Part shown: in pieces, positions 20,305-30,865 of the stretch
Layout of the letters: every line of letters begins with the position of its first letter
How positions within the stretch are numbered: position 1 is the stretch's first letter
Assembly: GCA_944391515.1 (NCBI GenBank)
Contig: CALXTW010000007.1
Span: forward strand, 3,889-67,888
DNA from: an uncultured Alphaproteobacteria bacterium
GTDB taxonomy: Bacteria > Pseudomonadota > Alphaproteobacteria > RF32 > CAG-239
DNA: 64,000 nucleotides
Reading direction: 5' to 3'
Notes under the pieces: generated by a model
What the model saw: the letters and a program-made list of their open reading frames with translations, nothing else
What the model was told of the DNA's origin: nothing
The model's database searches: none
Made by a program: the position numbers and the translations under genes

Positions 20305-21186
20305 ATGACTATGGCAAACAAGAGCCCTTCAAAGCAACAAATTTTCTCACAAGTAAAACAACTTTGCCTCAAAGGAAAGTTTAAGGACTCACGGTATTTG
20401 ATATGCCAAGCATCAGGTTTGGAAATTAAAGAACCGATGCAAATTTCAAGAGACACCCTCCGCAAAATGACCAAAGACAAAATCCTCCATCAAATGCTGG
20501 ATGTTGAGCAAGCTTTTGTTGCTGTTGCCAAAACCTTCAATCAAGAAAACCCCGAAGAGCACCGTGCTGCGGTGACAGCCCAAGAGCTCAAAAAGATTCT
20601 CCCACTTTTAACACGCACCGAAAAGCTCACAACTTTTTATTGGATAAACAATTGCCATTCATATATGTCAGATGTCGCCCCTCAAGAGCGATTAGAGACT
20701 TTACAAAACATTATCTCTTTGGCTCCTGATAAAACACAAGATGACCTCATCTATAGTTGTGCCAATCAAGTTATTGACCTTGATGTTCCATCATCAGACA
20801 AATACCACACCATAAAAAAGGCCTATCAAAAAACCGATAAAAAGTCTCACACCATTCCACACTTAAAAGATATGCTCGGCAAGAGTGCCCAAAAATATTT
20901 TCAAACACTGCAAAAGCGTTTAGATAATCCGCAACTAGATTATGAGCAACGCCAACAAGCCGCACTTGAAGCCGTACACGTTGCCAACGATTTTAAAACC
21001 TCGGTTTCGCGCAAATGTTATCTCAAAATTGATACCCTAAAAAAACTGCACCACCTGCAAATTCAACACCAAGACAAAGAAGGCATTCATCACACCACAA
21101 CCTTGCTTTGCAAATATTCGCAACAAATCGAAAACATCAAAAACCTGATGGGAACCAACCAAGCTCAAAAAGATTGGTATCGCTAA
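20305..21186 (+). CDS. hypothetical protein (helical, K/Q-rich orphan)
   Basis: 293-aa ORF with its own promoter-like element. I recognise no motif. Confidence 0.6.
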   Translation: MTMANKSPSKQQIFSQVKQLCLKGKFKDSRYLICQASGLEIKEPMQISRDTLRKMTKDKILHQMLDVEQAFVAVAKTFNQENPEEHRAAVTAQELKKILPLLTRTEKLTTFYWINNCHSYMSDVAPQERLETLQNIISLAPDKTQDDLIYSCANQVIDLDVPSSDKYHTIKKAYQKTDKKSHTIPHLKDMLGKSAQKYFQTLQKRLDNPQLDYEQRQQAALEAVHVANDFKTSVSRKCYLKIDTLKKLHHLQIQHQDKEGIHHTTTLLCKYSQQIENIKNLMGTNQAQKDWYR

Positions 21187-21198
21187 GCCAAATAATAT

Positions 21199-21227
21199 TT
21201 GACATTTTTGTCCAAGTACTCTATATC
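21199..21227 (+). promoter_or_regulatory. candidate sigma70-type promoter
   Basis: TTGACA, a 17-nt spacer, then TATATC, 28 nt upstream of the ATG at 21256. Confidence 0.45.
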
Positions 21228-21255
21228 TCAGCCATAACTTTTAATTATTGAGATT

Positions 21256-21600
21256 ATGGATATCAAACGAGAAAAGCAGATAATTTCTGCTATTGCAAAA
21301 GAGTTTACTCAGCAAAACAACACTTTGAAACTCTCCGTCCCAAAAGACGAGATTGAACAAACCGCCATTGACTTGGCCGAAAGCGTATCACTCAGATTAC
21401 TACTCCAAAGCGGAAACAATAATGAAGCCGCCTATCTGGGCCGCCGAAAAATTTGTTTAGCCCTCAAAAAAGAGCTGGGAGGATGTATCAAACGCCGCGG
21501 TATTTATACCATCTGGCTTGGTATCAATAAAGGCAACCGCGCCTTTGAAATTATCAATCAGCATCTTCAGGCTGAAATTGATGTTCAAAAGAAAAAGTAA
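21256..21600 (+). CDS. hypothetical protein
   Basis: 114-aa ORF with no recognised motif. Confidence 0.55.
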   Translation: MDIKREKQIISAIAKEFTQQNNTLKLSVPKDEIEQTAIDLAESVSLRLLLQSGNNNEAAYLGRRKICLALKKELGGCIKRRGIYTIWLGINKGNRAFEIINQHLQAEIDVQKKK

Positions 21601-21655
21601 ATTTATAAGATATCCTCACGTCATTGAGGATATCTTATAATGTTTTACCCAAATA

Positions 21656-23704
21656 TTAATAAATTACGACTGGTCGTACTTTTCCTTTATTTGTTTTATT
21701 TACAGTCAGAAGAGGATAGCTGATATCTTCAACTTTAAAACTCCAGACACTAGAATCGCTATATTCCGTAGATGTCCAACGAAGACCTCTCAAATCTTCT
21801 TTCTTTAACACCTCTAATTGGCTATTTATAAAATGATGCAAATCTGCTATTAGTACAGCTTCTTTTGCACTTGGTACAAACCATTTTCCTTTTTTGCAAA
21901 AATCAGCCTCACAACCTTCCGGTTCAAAATTATTTACATATTGAGCCACCTCAGATGAGGCTTCACATTGCGCGTTTGCTCCTAACAACGCATTTGTATT
22001 TGCTCTTCCATTCTCACCGCAAGTCTCATAATTAGCAGACGAACAATTATCCATATTAGGCATATCACACTGCTTATTAAGCCATTTAAATTGATTTCCC
22101 AAAGAATAGGTTACATCATCTAGTGCGAGAGCCAAATGGTTTTCTTCATCAAAAACAACACCTATTGCTGTTTTACCTGGAATTATTGTTTTAGAAGTAG
22201 AACCATCTCCATACAAAATTGGTAATTTTTTAACTTTAATAATAGTTAGAACACCAAACTCACTTGTTTTAGAATTCGTTAATATGTCCCCTGTTGACAT
22301 ATTTAAAGCAAAAGCATCATTATTATCATATTCTGTGGAGGACCAAACGATACCTGAAAGACCTACAGAAACATAACGAGCCAAACCTGAAGCAGTTGCC
22401 AGAATTTGTTCTTTTAAAGAATAAATCTTTAACAAATCCCTAGTACTAGGCAAAAACCATTTTCCACTAGAACAAACTTCATTATAACAACCACCTCCAT
22501 AAGAGTGATGATAAGCATAATACCGATTAACTGCATCTGCGGCCACAGATGTTGTTCCACAGTGGATACTTGTATCTAACAAAGCATTTGTATTACTTCG
22601 TCCATCAATTCCGCACATTTCTAAATTATCTTTAGTGCAATTTTCCAAATTAGGCACATCACAAGGCTGTTTCAATAAACTCATTTTCGTACTTGCCGCC
22701 CCCATAGCATCATTTATATATGGTTGAGTTAACCCTATCGCTAAACTATTCTCATCATCATAAACAATTGCAACAACCCCACCATTAGTAGCACCTAGAT
22801 TTGGATGATAAGAAATTCTTCCTCTCTCATACAAAACAGGAAGAGGAACCTCTGTAGCGCAATATTTTTGAGAACATTCTTCTAAATCGCACACAGAACC
22901 AGTCGGACAGCTCGAAAGCGTACATTTATTTTCACAAGTTTTGCAGTTATTGTAATATTTAATCCCGTTCATCAGGCAACAGTCACTCGGTGTAACCGGC
23001 CCTAAGTCCGAACAAGTCATATTATAGCCACTTTTGCATTGGCATGAGGTATAATAGGTTACGCCGTTTTGCGTACAACCCGTCCCCACTCCTTGTTGAT
23101 TTTGCCCATCACAGGTTTGATTATAGTTACTCGGGCAAACACATTTGCTGTAATAAGTTACGCCCTCTTCGGTGCAGCCCGTTCCTTCCGGAATTTGTGG
23201 AGAGCTACACCCCGTGACAGGATATAAACTTCTGTCGCAATAACACATAAATTTACCGCCGCAGCTATCTCCGCTGACGGTATTAGGATATGAGCAAGCA
23301 CTCTTATCGTATTTATAACGACTATCGCAACATTTATCAAAATAAGCTGAATTATATGGACATTTTAAGCCGGGAAACAAGCCTGAACCGCAATTGGTCA
23401 GGCTGTAACCGTCTTTTTGGCATTGCTCAATCGTTGGGTCGCCAAAATCTATATTTCCGAAATCTAAATTTTTTCCACCAGTAATAAAAGAAACACTTGC
23501 GGTCTGAAAAGAATTACGATTAGGCAAGCCTAGATATAGGCTTGCCCCAGATAAAGGTTCAAAGGTTTGGTTTTGACAAGTTCTTACGAAGTGTATGTAT
23601 TTAGAGGTTACCGATTGTGACTGTTCATGAACACTATTTTTACTCACACCGCCCAATCCGGTTAGTGCAAGTACGGATAATCCTATCACAAGCTGCTTTC
23701 TCAT
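21656..23704 (-). CDS. secreted cysteine-rich protein with two C-terminal DUF1566-like (Lcl C-terminal-like) domains
   Basis: Signal peptide MRKQLVIGLSVLALTG (GAGG precedes the second ATG at 23704). The Cys-dense N-terminal half has repeats GTGCTEEGVTYYSKCVCPSNYNQTC / GTGCTQNGVTYYTSCQCKSGYNMTC. Two ~190-aa modules follow, ending GKWF(L/V)PS...W(S/T)STEY...VRPV. Confidence 0.8.
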   Translation of the reverse strand: MRKQLVIGLSVLALTGLGGVSKNSVHEQSQSVTSKYIHFVRTCQNQTFEPLSGASLYLGLPNRNSFQTASVSFITGGKNLDFGNIDFGDPTIEQCQKDGYSLTNCGSGLFPGLKCPYNSAYFDKCCDSRYKYDKSACSYPNTVSGDSCGGKFMCYCDRSLYPVTGCSSPQIPEGTGCTEEGVTYYSKCVCPSNYNQTCDGQNQQGVGTGCTQNGVTYYTSCQCKSGYNMTCSDLGPVTPSDCCLMNGIKYYNNCKTCENKCTLSSCPTGSVCDLEECSQKYCATEVPLPVLYERGRISYHPNLGATNGGVVAIVYDDENSLAIGLTQPYINDAMGAASTKMSLLKQPCDVPNLENCTKDNLEMCGIDGRSNTNALLDTSIHCGTTSVAADAVNRYYAYHHSYGGGCYNEVCSSGKWFLPSTRDLLKIYSLKEQILATASGLARYVSVGLSGIVWSSTEYDNNDAFALNMSTGDILTNSKTSEFGVLTIIKVKKLPILYGDGSTSKTIIPGKTAIGVVFDEENHLALALDDVTYSLGNQFKWLNKQCDMPNMDNCSSANYETCGENGRANTNALLGANAQCEASSEVAQYVNNFEPEGCEADFCKKGKWFVPSAKEAVLIADLHHFINSQLEVLKKEDLRGLRWTSTEYSDSSVWSFKVEDISYPLLTVNKTNKGKVRPVVIY

Positions 23705-23812
23705 AATATACCTCATTATAACTGAACCTTATCATGTTATAATTTAGCATAACATTCACTTAATGTCAAATAATTTTAAAATAAAGATTTTATTTTGGCT
23801 AAAGATATTAAA

Positions 23813-23842
23813 ACACAAGCCTCTCTTTCGAGAGGCTTGTGT
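23813..23842 (-). terminator. rho-independent terminator after ettA
   Basis: Perfect 13-bp stem ACACAAGCCTCTC-tttc-GAGAGGCTTGTGT, flanked by an A4 run on one side and a T4 run on the other. Confidence 0.85.
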
Positions 23843-23849
23843 TTTCTAC

Positions 23850-25526
23850 TTAGACCAATTTTTTATATCGAACACGGTGCGGATTGCAAGCCTCATCGCC
23901 AAGGCGGCGACGTTTGTCTTTCTCATATTCTTCAAAGTTACCCTCAAACCAAACGACCTGACTGTCTCCTTCGTATGCCAAAATATGTGTTGCCAAACGA
24001 TCCAAGAACCAACGGTCGTGAGAGGTAACCAAAACACACCCTGGATATTCCATAATACCCTCTTCCAATGAACGTAAGGTATCCACGTCCAAATCATTAG
24101 TCGGCTCGTCAAGCAAAATCACATTTGCACCTTTGCGCAACATTTTTGCCAAGTGCACACGGTTGCGCTCACCACCTGAGAGTTGTCCGACTTTCTTTTG
24201 TTGGTCTCCGCCCTTAAAATTGAATTGACCGACATAAGCCCGTGATGGCATTTGTCTTTTACCAAGTTCTATAATATCCAAACCATCGGAAATTTCCTCC
24301 CAAACGGTTTTGTTTGGATTCAACTCTTCACGAGATTGGTCAACATACCCCAAATCTACGGTTTCACCAATTCTGATTTCACCGCTATCTGGTTTTTCTT
24401 GCCCCGTAATCATGCGAAACAGGGTCGTTTTACCGGCACCGTTCGGTCCGATAATACCGACAATTGCCCCCTTCGGAATCTTGAAAGATAGATTATCAAT
24501 CAGTAATCTGTCGCCATATCCTTTAGAAATACCATTGGCTTCAATCACCAAATCACCCAATCTATCCGTCATTGGAATGGAGATATGAGCCTGAGTAATT
24601 TTTTCTTTTCCGGATTCAGCCAACAACTCTTCATAAGCATTAATACGCGCCTTAGATTTAGCTTGTCTAGCTTTAGGATTTTTGCGAATCCACTCCAACT
24701 CATTAGCTAAAGTTCTCTGGCGACTGGTTTCCTCACGAGATTCTTGTTCCAAACGTTTTTGTTTTTGTTCCAACCAAGAACTATAATTTCCTTCATAAGG
24801 AATACCTTGTCCACGGTCTAATTCCAAAATCCAACCGGTAACATTATCCAAGAAATAGCGGTCGTGCGTAACCATAACCACGGTTCCCGGATATTCTTTC
24901 AAATGTTGTTCCAACCAAGCTACCGATTCGGCATCCAAATGGTTGGTCGGCTCGTCCAAAAGCAACATATCGGGTTTTTGCAAAAGCAAGCGACACAGAG
25001 CCACACGTCTTTTCTCACCACCTGAGAGTTTGGTCACATCAGCATCAGCCGGCGGACAACGCAAAGCATCCATCGCAATTTCAATAGTTCTTTCAAAATC
25101 CCAACCATTACAAGCATCAATTTTTTCTTGAAGTTCGGCTTGTTCATTAATGAGGTTGTTCATTTCCTCATCACTCATCGGTTCGGCAAATTTAGCAGAC
25201 ACTTCTTCAAAGCGCTTGAGCAAATCACGCGTTTCGCCAAGCCCATCCATAATATTTTCCATCACCGTTTTTTTAGGATCGAGTTGTGGTTCTTGCTCCA
25301 AATAACCGACTTTAACGCCTTCAGCCGCCCAAGCTTCACCATTAAACTCTTTATCTTTACCTGCCATAATTTTTAACAAAGTAGATTTACCGGCACCATT
25401 CACACCCAAGACACCTATTTTTGCACCGGGTAAGAAAGAAAGCGTAATCCCCTTAAACAGTTCTTTTCCGCCGGGAAAAACTTTGGTTAAATTCTGCATG
25501 ACAAAAACATATTGATATGCGGCCAT
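23850..25526 (-). CDS. ettA: energy-dependent translational throttle ABC-F ATPase EttA
   Basis: 558 aa with [22 protein letters not shown] and two Walker A ([18 protein letters not shown]) / LSGGE cassettes. Confidence 0.95.
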   Translation of the reverse strand: MAAYQYVFVMQNLTKVFPGGKELFKGITLSFLPGAKIGVLGVNGAGKSTLLKIMAGKDKEFNGEAWAAEGVKVGYLEQEPQLDPKKTVMENIMDGLGETRDLLKRFEEVSAKFAEPMSDEEMNNLINEQAELQEKIDACNGWDFERTIEIAMDALRCPPADADVTKLSGGEKRRVALCRLLLQKPDMLLLDEPTNHLDAESVAWLEQHLKEYPGTVVMVTHDRYFLDNVTGWILELDRGQGIPYEGNYSSWLEQKQKRLEQESREETSRQRTLANELEWIRKNPKARQAKSKARINAYEELLAESGKEKITQAHISIPMTDRLGDLVIEANGISKGYGDRLLIDNLSFKIPKGAIVGIIGPNGAGKTTLFRMITGQEKPDSGEIRIGETVDLGYVDQSREELNPNKTVWEEISDGLDIIELGKRQMPSRAYVGQFNFKGGDQQKKVGQLSGGERNRVHLAKMLRKGANVILLDEPTNDLDVDTLRSLEEGIMEYPGCVLVTSHDRWFLDRLATHILAYEGDSQVVWFEGNFEEYEKDKRRRLGDEACNPHRVRYKKLV

Positions 25527-25598
25527 TTGATATGCTCCATTATTTCATAATTTAAGTTAAGTGCGAGTATAAACAAAAAAGTAGAAGTTGCAATCTTT

Positions 25599-26294
25599 TT
25601 AATAAGAGTGCGTAATATGCCCGATAGAACTTTCACCTCTATAGGATGAAGTGCTAGAAGACACATCGCTTTCTGCAGTATAAGTCCCAACTTCTTGCAA
25701 CTCTACACCGGCAAAACCGGCTGGTTCAATGATTGCCGGAGCAGATTGTCCTGAAACATACCCAGGATTAGCCACCGGCGCATTATCTGTTCTAAACTGA
25801 ACAGCCTGAAGAGGAATTTTTTTATTGGCTTGTCGCTGATAAATTTTTTGCGCCACATCACGCCCATTCTCACCCTTATTATATACTAAAGTCGCATCAT
25901 ACGGATTTCTGGGGGTAAAGATTTGACCATCAGGCATTTTAATTGTTCCATCAGCATAAAGAGTCGCCTGAAAAATCGCCTGTCCGTCAAAGCGACGATT
26001 GATTCTATCGCACTCATAAAAACCATCCATTTGCTTAGAAATATAAGCATCAGCCTTAGCGGTATTATAAACATTCATTCCTTCGGCTTGTTGTCTATCC
26101 GATGATGCCTTAGTGATTAAAATCGCCCGCGCCAACATCTCAAAGGTATCAAATTTTGAGGCACCGCAAGCCAACCCCTGCCCCGAGATAAGCCCCAAAG
26201 CGCGAACTTCTTCCAGATAAGGCACTTGAGCTTGAGCCAAAGCCCCAGACGCACATCCTAACCAACAAGCAATACTAAAAATAAATCTCTTCAT
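25599..26294 (-). CDS. secreted hypothetical protein
   Basis: 231 aa with signal peptide MKRFIFSIACWLGCASGALAQA. No recognised domain. Confidence 0.65.
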   Translation of the reverse strand: MKRFIFSIACWLGCASGALAQAQVPYLEEVRALGLISGQGLACGASKFDTFEMLARAILITKASSDRQQAEGMNVYNTAKADAYISKQMDGFYECDRINRRFDGQAIFQATLYADGTIKMPDGQIFTPRNPYDATLVYNKGENGRDVAQKIYQRQANKKIPLQAVQFRTDNAPVANPGYVSGQSAPAIIEPAGFAGVELQEVGTYTAESDVSSSTSSYRGESSIGHITHSY

Positions 26295-26385
26295 CTTTCA
26301 CCTTAAAATATCATTTTGATTATAGAAAAGATTCATCAAAAAGCAAATAAAGACTCACTTTTTTACCAAGTTTCTAAAATTAGAG

Positions 26386-26414
26386 TTGACAAAGTTTAAG
26401 TTTTAGAATATGTT
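26386..26414 (+). promoter_or_regulatory. candidate promoter for rpmJ
   Basis: TTGACA, a 17-nt spacer, then TATGTT. Confidence 0.3.
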
Positions 26415-26445
26415 GCGGGCAAACATATCGCATAAGGAAAGAAAA

Positions 26446-26571
26446 ATGAAAGTTTACAGTTCTTTAAAATCAAAGAAAGTACGCGATAAGGATTGCAAAA
26501 TCGTTCGCCGCAAAGGTCGCGTATATGTCATCAACAAAAAGAACCCGAAGCTCAAAGCTCGCCAAGGTTAA
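26446..26571 (+). CDS. rpmJ: 50S ribosomal protein L36 (alphaproteobacterial Cys-poor type)
   Basis: Not in the track (41 aa). My translation is [41 protein letters not shown], with SD AAGGAAAG upstream. Confidence 0.93.
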   Translation: MKVYSSLKSKKVRDKDCKIVRRKGRVYVINKKNPKLKARQG

Positions 26572-26601
26572 TTTGACATATTTGATAAATAGTTATTAAA
26601 A

Positions 26602-26629
26602 AACCCGCAGTCTTCAAGCGGGTTTTTTG
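26602..26629 (+). terminator. rho-independent terminator after rpmJ
   Basis: AACCCGC-agtcttcaa-GCGGGTT followed by a T run. Confidence 0.8.
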
Positions 26630-26658
26630 TTATTTCATGTAAGCAAATTTCTTTTCAC

Positions 26659-26687
26659 AAAAAAAAAGCCTCTCTTTTGAGAGGCTT
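26659..26687 (-). terminator. rho-independent terminator after pyk
   Basis: AAGCCTCTC-tttt-GAGAGGCTT, with the T run on the minus strand (plus-strand A run 26659-26667). Confidence 0.8.
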
Positions 26688-26704
26688 TAATTTTTGCATT
26701 TATA

Positions 26705-28135
26705 CTATTTTTCGGGAATATAGACAGTATGCAACATATTGGTACGTCCCTTTTTGCCCAAGGGAAAACCGGCTGTAATAATGATATGTTGTCCGGGCTT
26801 TGCAAAACCGTTTTCTACTGCAATTTTAACGGCAATATCTTCAATTTTATCAAAGCTCTTAAAGCTGTCTTTATTCACAAAACTTTTTGCACCCCAAACG
26901 ATACCCATTCTGCGAGCAACCTCCAAATCCGGAGTAATTGCCAAAATCGGTAAATTTGGTCTTTCTCTTGCGGTCAAGAAAGTTGTCAAACCAGACGAGG
27001 TATAAGTCACAATGGCAGCCACATCTTTCAAAGATGCTGCAATATCGCTTGCGGCATATGTAATTGAATCTGCTTCACCCACGCAACAAGGAGCTTTGCG
27101 AGAAGATTGCATCAAAGAATAGAACAACGGATCATTTTCCACTTGAGAGATGATGTTTTTCATCATTGAAACCGCCTCAACCGGATAATCGCCGGCAGCT
27201 GTTTCGGCCGACAACATAACCGTATCAGCCCCATCATAAACTGCAGTCGCCACATCCGAAACTTCGGCACGTGTCGGAGTCGGGGCTTTAATCATCGATT
27301 CCAACATCTGCGTTGCAATAATCACCGGACGACCATATTTTCTGCAAGCTGATACGATTCTCTTTTGCAAAACAGGAACGGTTTGTATTGGGCATTCCAC
27401 ACCCAAATCACCACGAGCCACCATAATGGCATCAGAGAGTTGAATAATTTCATCTAATTCATCAATAGCGCTTGGTTTTTCAAGTTTTGAAATAATCCAT
27501 GCCTTATCACCGATAATTTTGCGAGCTTCACGCACATCTTCGGCTTGTTGAACGAAAGATAAACTAATCCAATCGACCCCGAGTTTCAAAGCGAACTCAA
27601 TATCTTTTCTATCCTTCTCGGTAATGGCTGAAATCGGCAATTTCACATTAGGCAAATTAACACCTTTGTGGCTTGAAAGCGGTCCGCCGACCACAACTGT
27701 CGTAACGGCATGTTTGGCATCGCATTCATCCACATGCAGACGAATATTACCATCATTGAGCAGCAAATCTTCACCCGGACGAAGTGCTTGAAAAATTTCC
27801 TTATGCGGCAGATTTACTCTTGTTTCATCGCCCAAGGCCTTGTCCAAATCGAGTATAAATTTTTGCCCGGTTTTGAGTTCGATTTTACCATCCTTAAATT
27901 CGCCGACACGCAGTTTTGGCCCCTGCATATCTGCCACAATCGTAATATGAAGATTTTTTTCTTTAGCCAGTTTACGAACGATATTATAGCGTTCTTTATG
28001 TTCATCATGAGTACCATGACTAAAATTAAAACGGAAAGCATCGGCACCGGCATCTATGAGTTGTTCGATTCTTTCTTTTGATGCGGAAGACGGCCCGATA
28101 GTAGCTAAAATTTTAGTACGAGTTTTTTGTGGCAT
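26705..28135 (-). CDS. pyk: pyruvate kinase
   Basis: 476 aa with KILATIGP, MVARGDLGVE and ATQMLESM motifs. Confidence 0.96.
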   Translation of the reverse strand: MPQKTRTKILATIGPSSASKERIEQLIDAGADAFRFNFSHGTHDEHKERYNIVRKLAKEKNLHITIVADMQGPKLRVGEFKDGKIELKTGQKFILDLDKALGDETRVNLPHKEIFQALRPGEDLLLNDGNIRLHVDECDAKHAVTTVVVGGPLSSHKGVNLPNVKLPISAITEKDRKDIEFALKLGVDWISLSFVQQAEDVREARKIIGDKAWIISKLEKPSAIDELDEIIQLSDAIMVARGDLGVECPIQTVPVLQKRIVSACRKYGRPVIIATQMLESMIKAPTPTRAEVSDVATAVYDGADTVMLSAETAAGDYPVEAVSMMKNIISQVENDPLFYSLMQSSRKAPCCVGEADSITYAASDIAASLKDVAAIVTYTSSGLTTFLTARERPNLPILAITPDLEVARRMGIVWGAKSFVNKDSFKSFDKIEDIAVKIAVENGFAKPGQHIIITAGFPLGKKGRTNMLHTVYIPEK

Positions 28136-28312
28136 ATTTTGTGTCCTTATTGTTAAACCATAAATTTGCGACTAATATAGCAAAAAATATATTAACAAGC
28201 TATTTATTTCACAAAGTTGTCAAACAAATTTATTTCTTGTCAAAATATATAGTCTTTGCTAAAGTCAGCACCAATACGCTAAATTTTAATCTACAATTTA
28301 AGGAGAAAGAAA

Positions 28313-28555
28313 ATGACTGAAGTTGGCGGAATTGCTGTTGACAGACTGCGCTCACTGATTGAAAGAATTGAACGCCTTGAAGAAGAGAAAGCCGGCATTG
28401 CCTCAGATATCAGAGATATTTATGCCGAAGCCAAAGGAGCAGGATTCGATGTAAAAATTATGCGCACCATCATCAAATTGCGCAAGATGAATGCCGCCGA
28501 CCGTGACGAACAAGAAATTTTGCTCGACACCTACCGCAAAGCCTTGGATATGTAA
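28313..28555 (+). CDS. gapR: GapR-like nucleoid-associated protein (DUF2312)
   Basis: 80 aa. LRSLIERIERLEEEKAGIASDIRDIYAEAKGAGFDVKIMRTIIKLRK closely matches the Caulobacter GapR core. Confidence 0.85.
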   Translation: MTEVGGIAVDRLRSLIERIERLEEEKAGIASDIRDIYAEAKGAGFDVKIMRTIIKLRKMNAADRDEQEILLDTYRKALDM

Positions 28556-28560
28556 TGAAC

Positions 28561-28592
28561 AAAAAAAAGCTCCTGCAAAGGAGCTTTTTTTT
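28561..28592. terminator. bidirectional terminator between convergent gapR and chrA
   Basis: A8-AGCTCC-tgcaaa-GGAGCT-T8. Confidence 0.75.
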
Positions 28593-29127
28593 AGAGTTTC
28601 AACACGATTCCAACAACCGCTCCGAGGCAAATATAGACTATCGGATGTAGTTTTACATAATGCACCATTACCATAAAAATAAGACCGATTATCGCGCAAG
28701 TCCAATTTGTCACCGCCATTTTTCCAATTGCGATTCCCGCACACAAAATCAAAGCCAACACCGCAGGGCGCACACCGCCCAAAACACTTTGCACACTCTG
28801 TGCCTGTCCAAATTTTCTAAGCAACTTGGCAATGATTACGATGATAATAACCGAAGGCGAAACCAAGCCCAAAGTTGCCGCGATTGAGCCCCAAAATCCG
28901 GCTGTGGTATAGCCGACATAAGTCGCCATATTCACTCCCAACGGTCCGGGAGTAGATTCGGACACGGCAATCATATCGGCCAAATTTTGCGTTGTGAACC
29001 AATCATAACGCGTCGTCAAATCAAACAAAAACGGAACGGTTACCAAACCACCGCCGATGGCAAACAAACCGATTTTGAAAAACTCATAAAACAACAAAAT
29101 ATAAATCATTTTCTTCTGCTCCGCCAA
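28591..29127 (-). CDS. chrA: chromate transporter, short-chain CHR family (second half-size subunit)
   Basis: 178 aa with FFKIGLFAIGGG..T.P and ESTPGP motifs. Confidence 0.85.
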   Translation of the reverse strand: MAEQKKMIYILLFYEFFKIGLFAIGGGLVTVPFLFDLTTRYDWFTTQNLADMIAVSESTPGPLGVNMATYVGYTTAGFWGSIAATLGLVSPSVIIIVIIAKLLRKFGQAQSVQSVLGGVRPAVLALILCAGIAIGKMAVTNWTCAIIGLIFMVMVHYVKLHPIVYICLGAVVGIVLKL

Positions 29128-29645
29128 TACAGCGCCAAACCTAGCACACCTGCCGCTACGACCAACAAAATCGGCGAAAGATTAAAGATAAGCAAACAAC
29201 CTAAAGATACCAAAAAAACGCCCAAAGCAAACTTACCGATAATTGCGGTTTTCCAGAGCTTAAACACCGCTTCGGCAATCAATGCCACGACGACGATTCG
29301 CGCGCCGGCAAAAGCCGATGCCACATATTCATTGGCCATATACAAACTCAAAATATGCGCCAATGCCATAATAATGATAAGCGACGGCATAATAATGCCG
29401 AGTGTTGCCACAATCGCCCCAATAACTCGTTTCATTTTATAACCGATAAAAGTTGCCACATTCACCGAGATAATTCCCGGTGTTGATTGGCCGATACAGT
29501 AATAATCCATCAATTCTTTGTCATCGGTCCAATGTTTTTTTGTCACCAATTCGGCCTGCAATAGCGGAATCATGGCATAGCCGCCGCCAAAGGTAAATAA
29601 ACCGATTTTAAAAAACGTCACAAAGAGTTCAAAAAGTATTTTCAT
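29106..29645 (-). CDS. chrA: chromate transporter, short-chain CHR family (first half-size subunit)
   Basis: 179 aa with FFKIGLFTFGGGYAMIPL and GQSTPG motifs. It overlaps its partner by 22 nt. Confidence 0.85.
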   Translation of the reverse strand: MKILFELFVTFFKIGLFTFGGGYAMIPLLQAELVTKKHWTDDKELMDYYCIGQSTPGIISVNVATFIGYKMKRVIGAIVATLGIIMPSLIIIMALAHILSLYMANEYVASAFAGARIVVVALIAEAVFKLWKTAIIGKFALGVFLVSLGCLLIFNLSPILLVVAAGVLGLALYWRSRRK

Positions 29646-29733
29646 ATCTCAAAAAAATCCGTTGTTAAAACGAGCTAAAGTTACTATATTATTGAAACAA
29701 ACAAAAGATTAAAAATACCAATAGAGGATAACC

Positions 29734-30861
29734 ATGCTGATAGCTATTCCCAAAGAAACTCGCGAGGGCGAAACCCGCGTTGCCGCCACCCCCGACATCA
29801 TCAAAAAATATATTCAACTTGGCTTTGATGTCCACGTCCAATCCGAGGCTGGTCTTGCTTCCGGCTTTAGCGATAAAGCCTATCAAGACGCCGGCGCCAA
29901 AATCACACCCGATATTGCCTCGACCTACAAAGGAGCGCAAATCATCCTCAAAATCTGGGCACCGGACCTCAAAGAACTCTCATCAATAGAAGCCAAGAGT
30001 TTTATCTTCGCCAACTTCCAAGCCTATGATCGCAAAGCCGAAATTCCTACTTTTGCAAGCAAAGGCTTAACCTGCTTTGCGCTGGATTTAATGCCTCGAA
30101 TTTCACGAGCTCAGAGTATGGATATTCTCTCCTCTCAAAGCAATTTAGCCGGCTACAAAGCCGTGCTTGAGGCGCTTAATTATCTTCCTTCAGCCGCCCC
30201 GATGATGATGACCGCCGCCGGCACCATTGCCCCGGCAAAGGCACTAATTTTGGGTGCGGGTGTTGCCGGACTTCAAGCCATTGCCACCGCCAAACGCTTA
30301 GGTGCGGTTGTCTATGCCTCTGATGTCCGCCCGCAAGTCAAAGAGCAAGTTGAATCTTTGGGCGCCAAGTTTGTAGAAGTCAAAACCGATGAAAATTTTG
30401 AAACCTCCGGCGGCTATGCCAAAGAAACCTCTAAAGACTACCAAGAAAAACAACACCTTGCCGTTGCCGAACAATTAACCAAAACCAACTTTGCCATCAC
30501 CACCGCGCTTATCCCCGGCCGTCCGGCACCCCTACTAATCACCAAAGAGATGTTAAAAAATATGCCGGCAGGTTCAGTCATTGTTGATATGGCAACCTCT
30601 CACGGCGGCAATGTTGAAGGTGCACAAGATAACGCCGTCAAAATCATTAACAACGTCACCGTTATCGGCAACTCCAATTTGGCAGCCAAGTTACCGGCTT
30701 CGGCCAGCCCCTTATTTGCCAAAAACATTTTTAATTTTATTGATACTTTTTATGACAAAGCAGAAAAAATCTTAAAACCTGACTTTAATGACCAGCTGAT
30801 ACACTCCACCTGCCTCTGTCATGACAAAAAAGTTATCCACCCAGCATTTATCGGAGCATAA
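29734..30861 (+). CDS. pntAA: NAD(P) transhydrogenase subunit alpha part 1 (dI)
   Basis: 375 aa with [20 protein letters not shown] and the [18 protein letters not shown] Rossmann motif. Confidence 0.95.
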   Translation: MLIAIPKETREGETRVAATPDIIKKYIQLGFDVHVQSEAGLASGFSDKAYQDAGAKITPDIASTYKGAQIILKIWAPDLKELSSIEAKSFIFANFQAYDRKAEIPTFASKGLTCFALDLMPRISRAQSMDILSSQSNLAGYKAVLEALNYLPSAAPMMMTAAGTIAPAKALILGAGVAGLQAIATAKRLGAVVYASDVRPQVKEQVESLGAKFVEVKTDENFETSGGYAKETSKDYQEKQHLAVAEQLTKTNFAITTALIPGRPAPLLITKEMLKNMPAGSVIVDMATSHGGNVEGAQDNAVKIINNVTVIGNSNLAAKLPASASPLFAKNIFNFIDTFYDKAEKILKPDFNDQLIHSTCLCHDKKVIHPAFIGA

Positions 30862-30865
30862 AATC

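Noticed and set aside
23819-26687. The ettA and pyk terminators share an almost identical core (AAGCCTCTCTTTCGAGAGGCTT versus AAGCCTCTCTTTTGAGAGGCTT). I considered a dispersed REP- or MITE-like element.
   Set aside because: Only about 21 bp are shared and the flanks are dissimilar. Both copies sit exactly where a terminator is expected, so this is more likely convergent simple hairpins. A genome-wide k-mer count would settle it.
28591-29645. Two adjacent half-size chrA ORFs that overlap by 22 nt look like a frameshifted chromate transporter pseudogene.
   Set aside because: Each half has its own complete CHR-domain signature (FFKIGL...GGG, (E/Q)STPG) and its own start. This is the known short-chain CHR two-gene arrangement, not a disruption.
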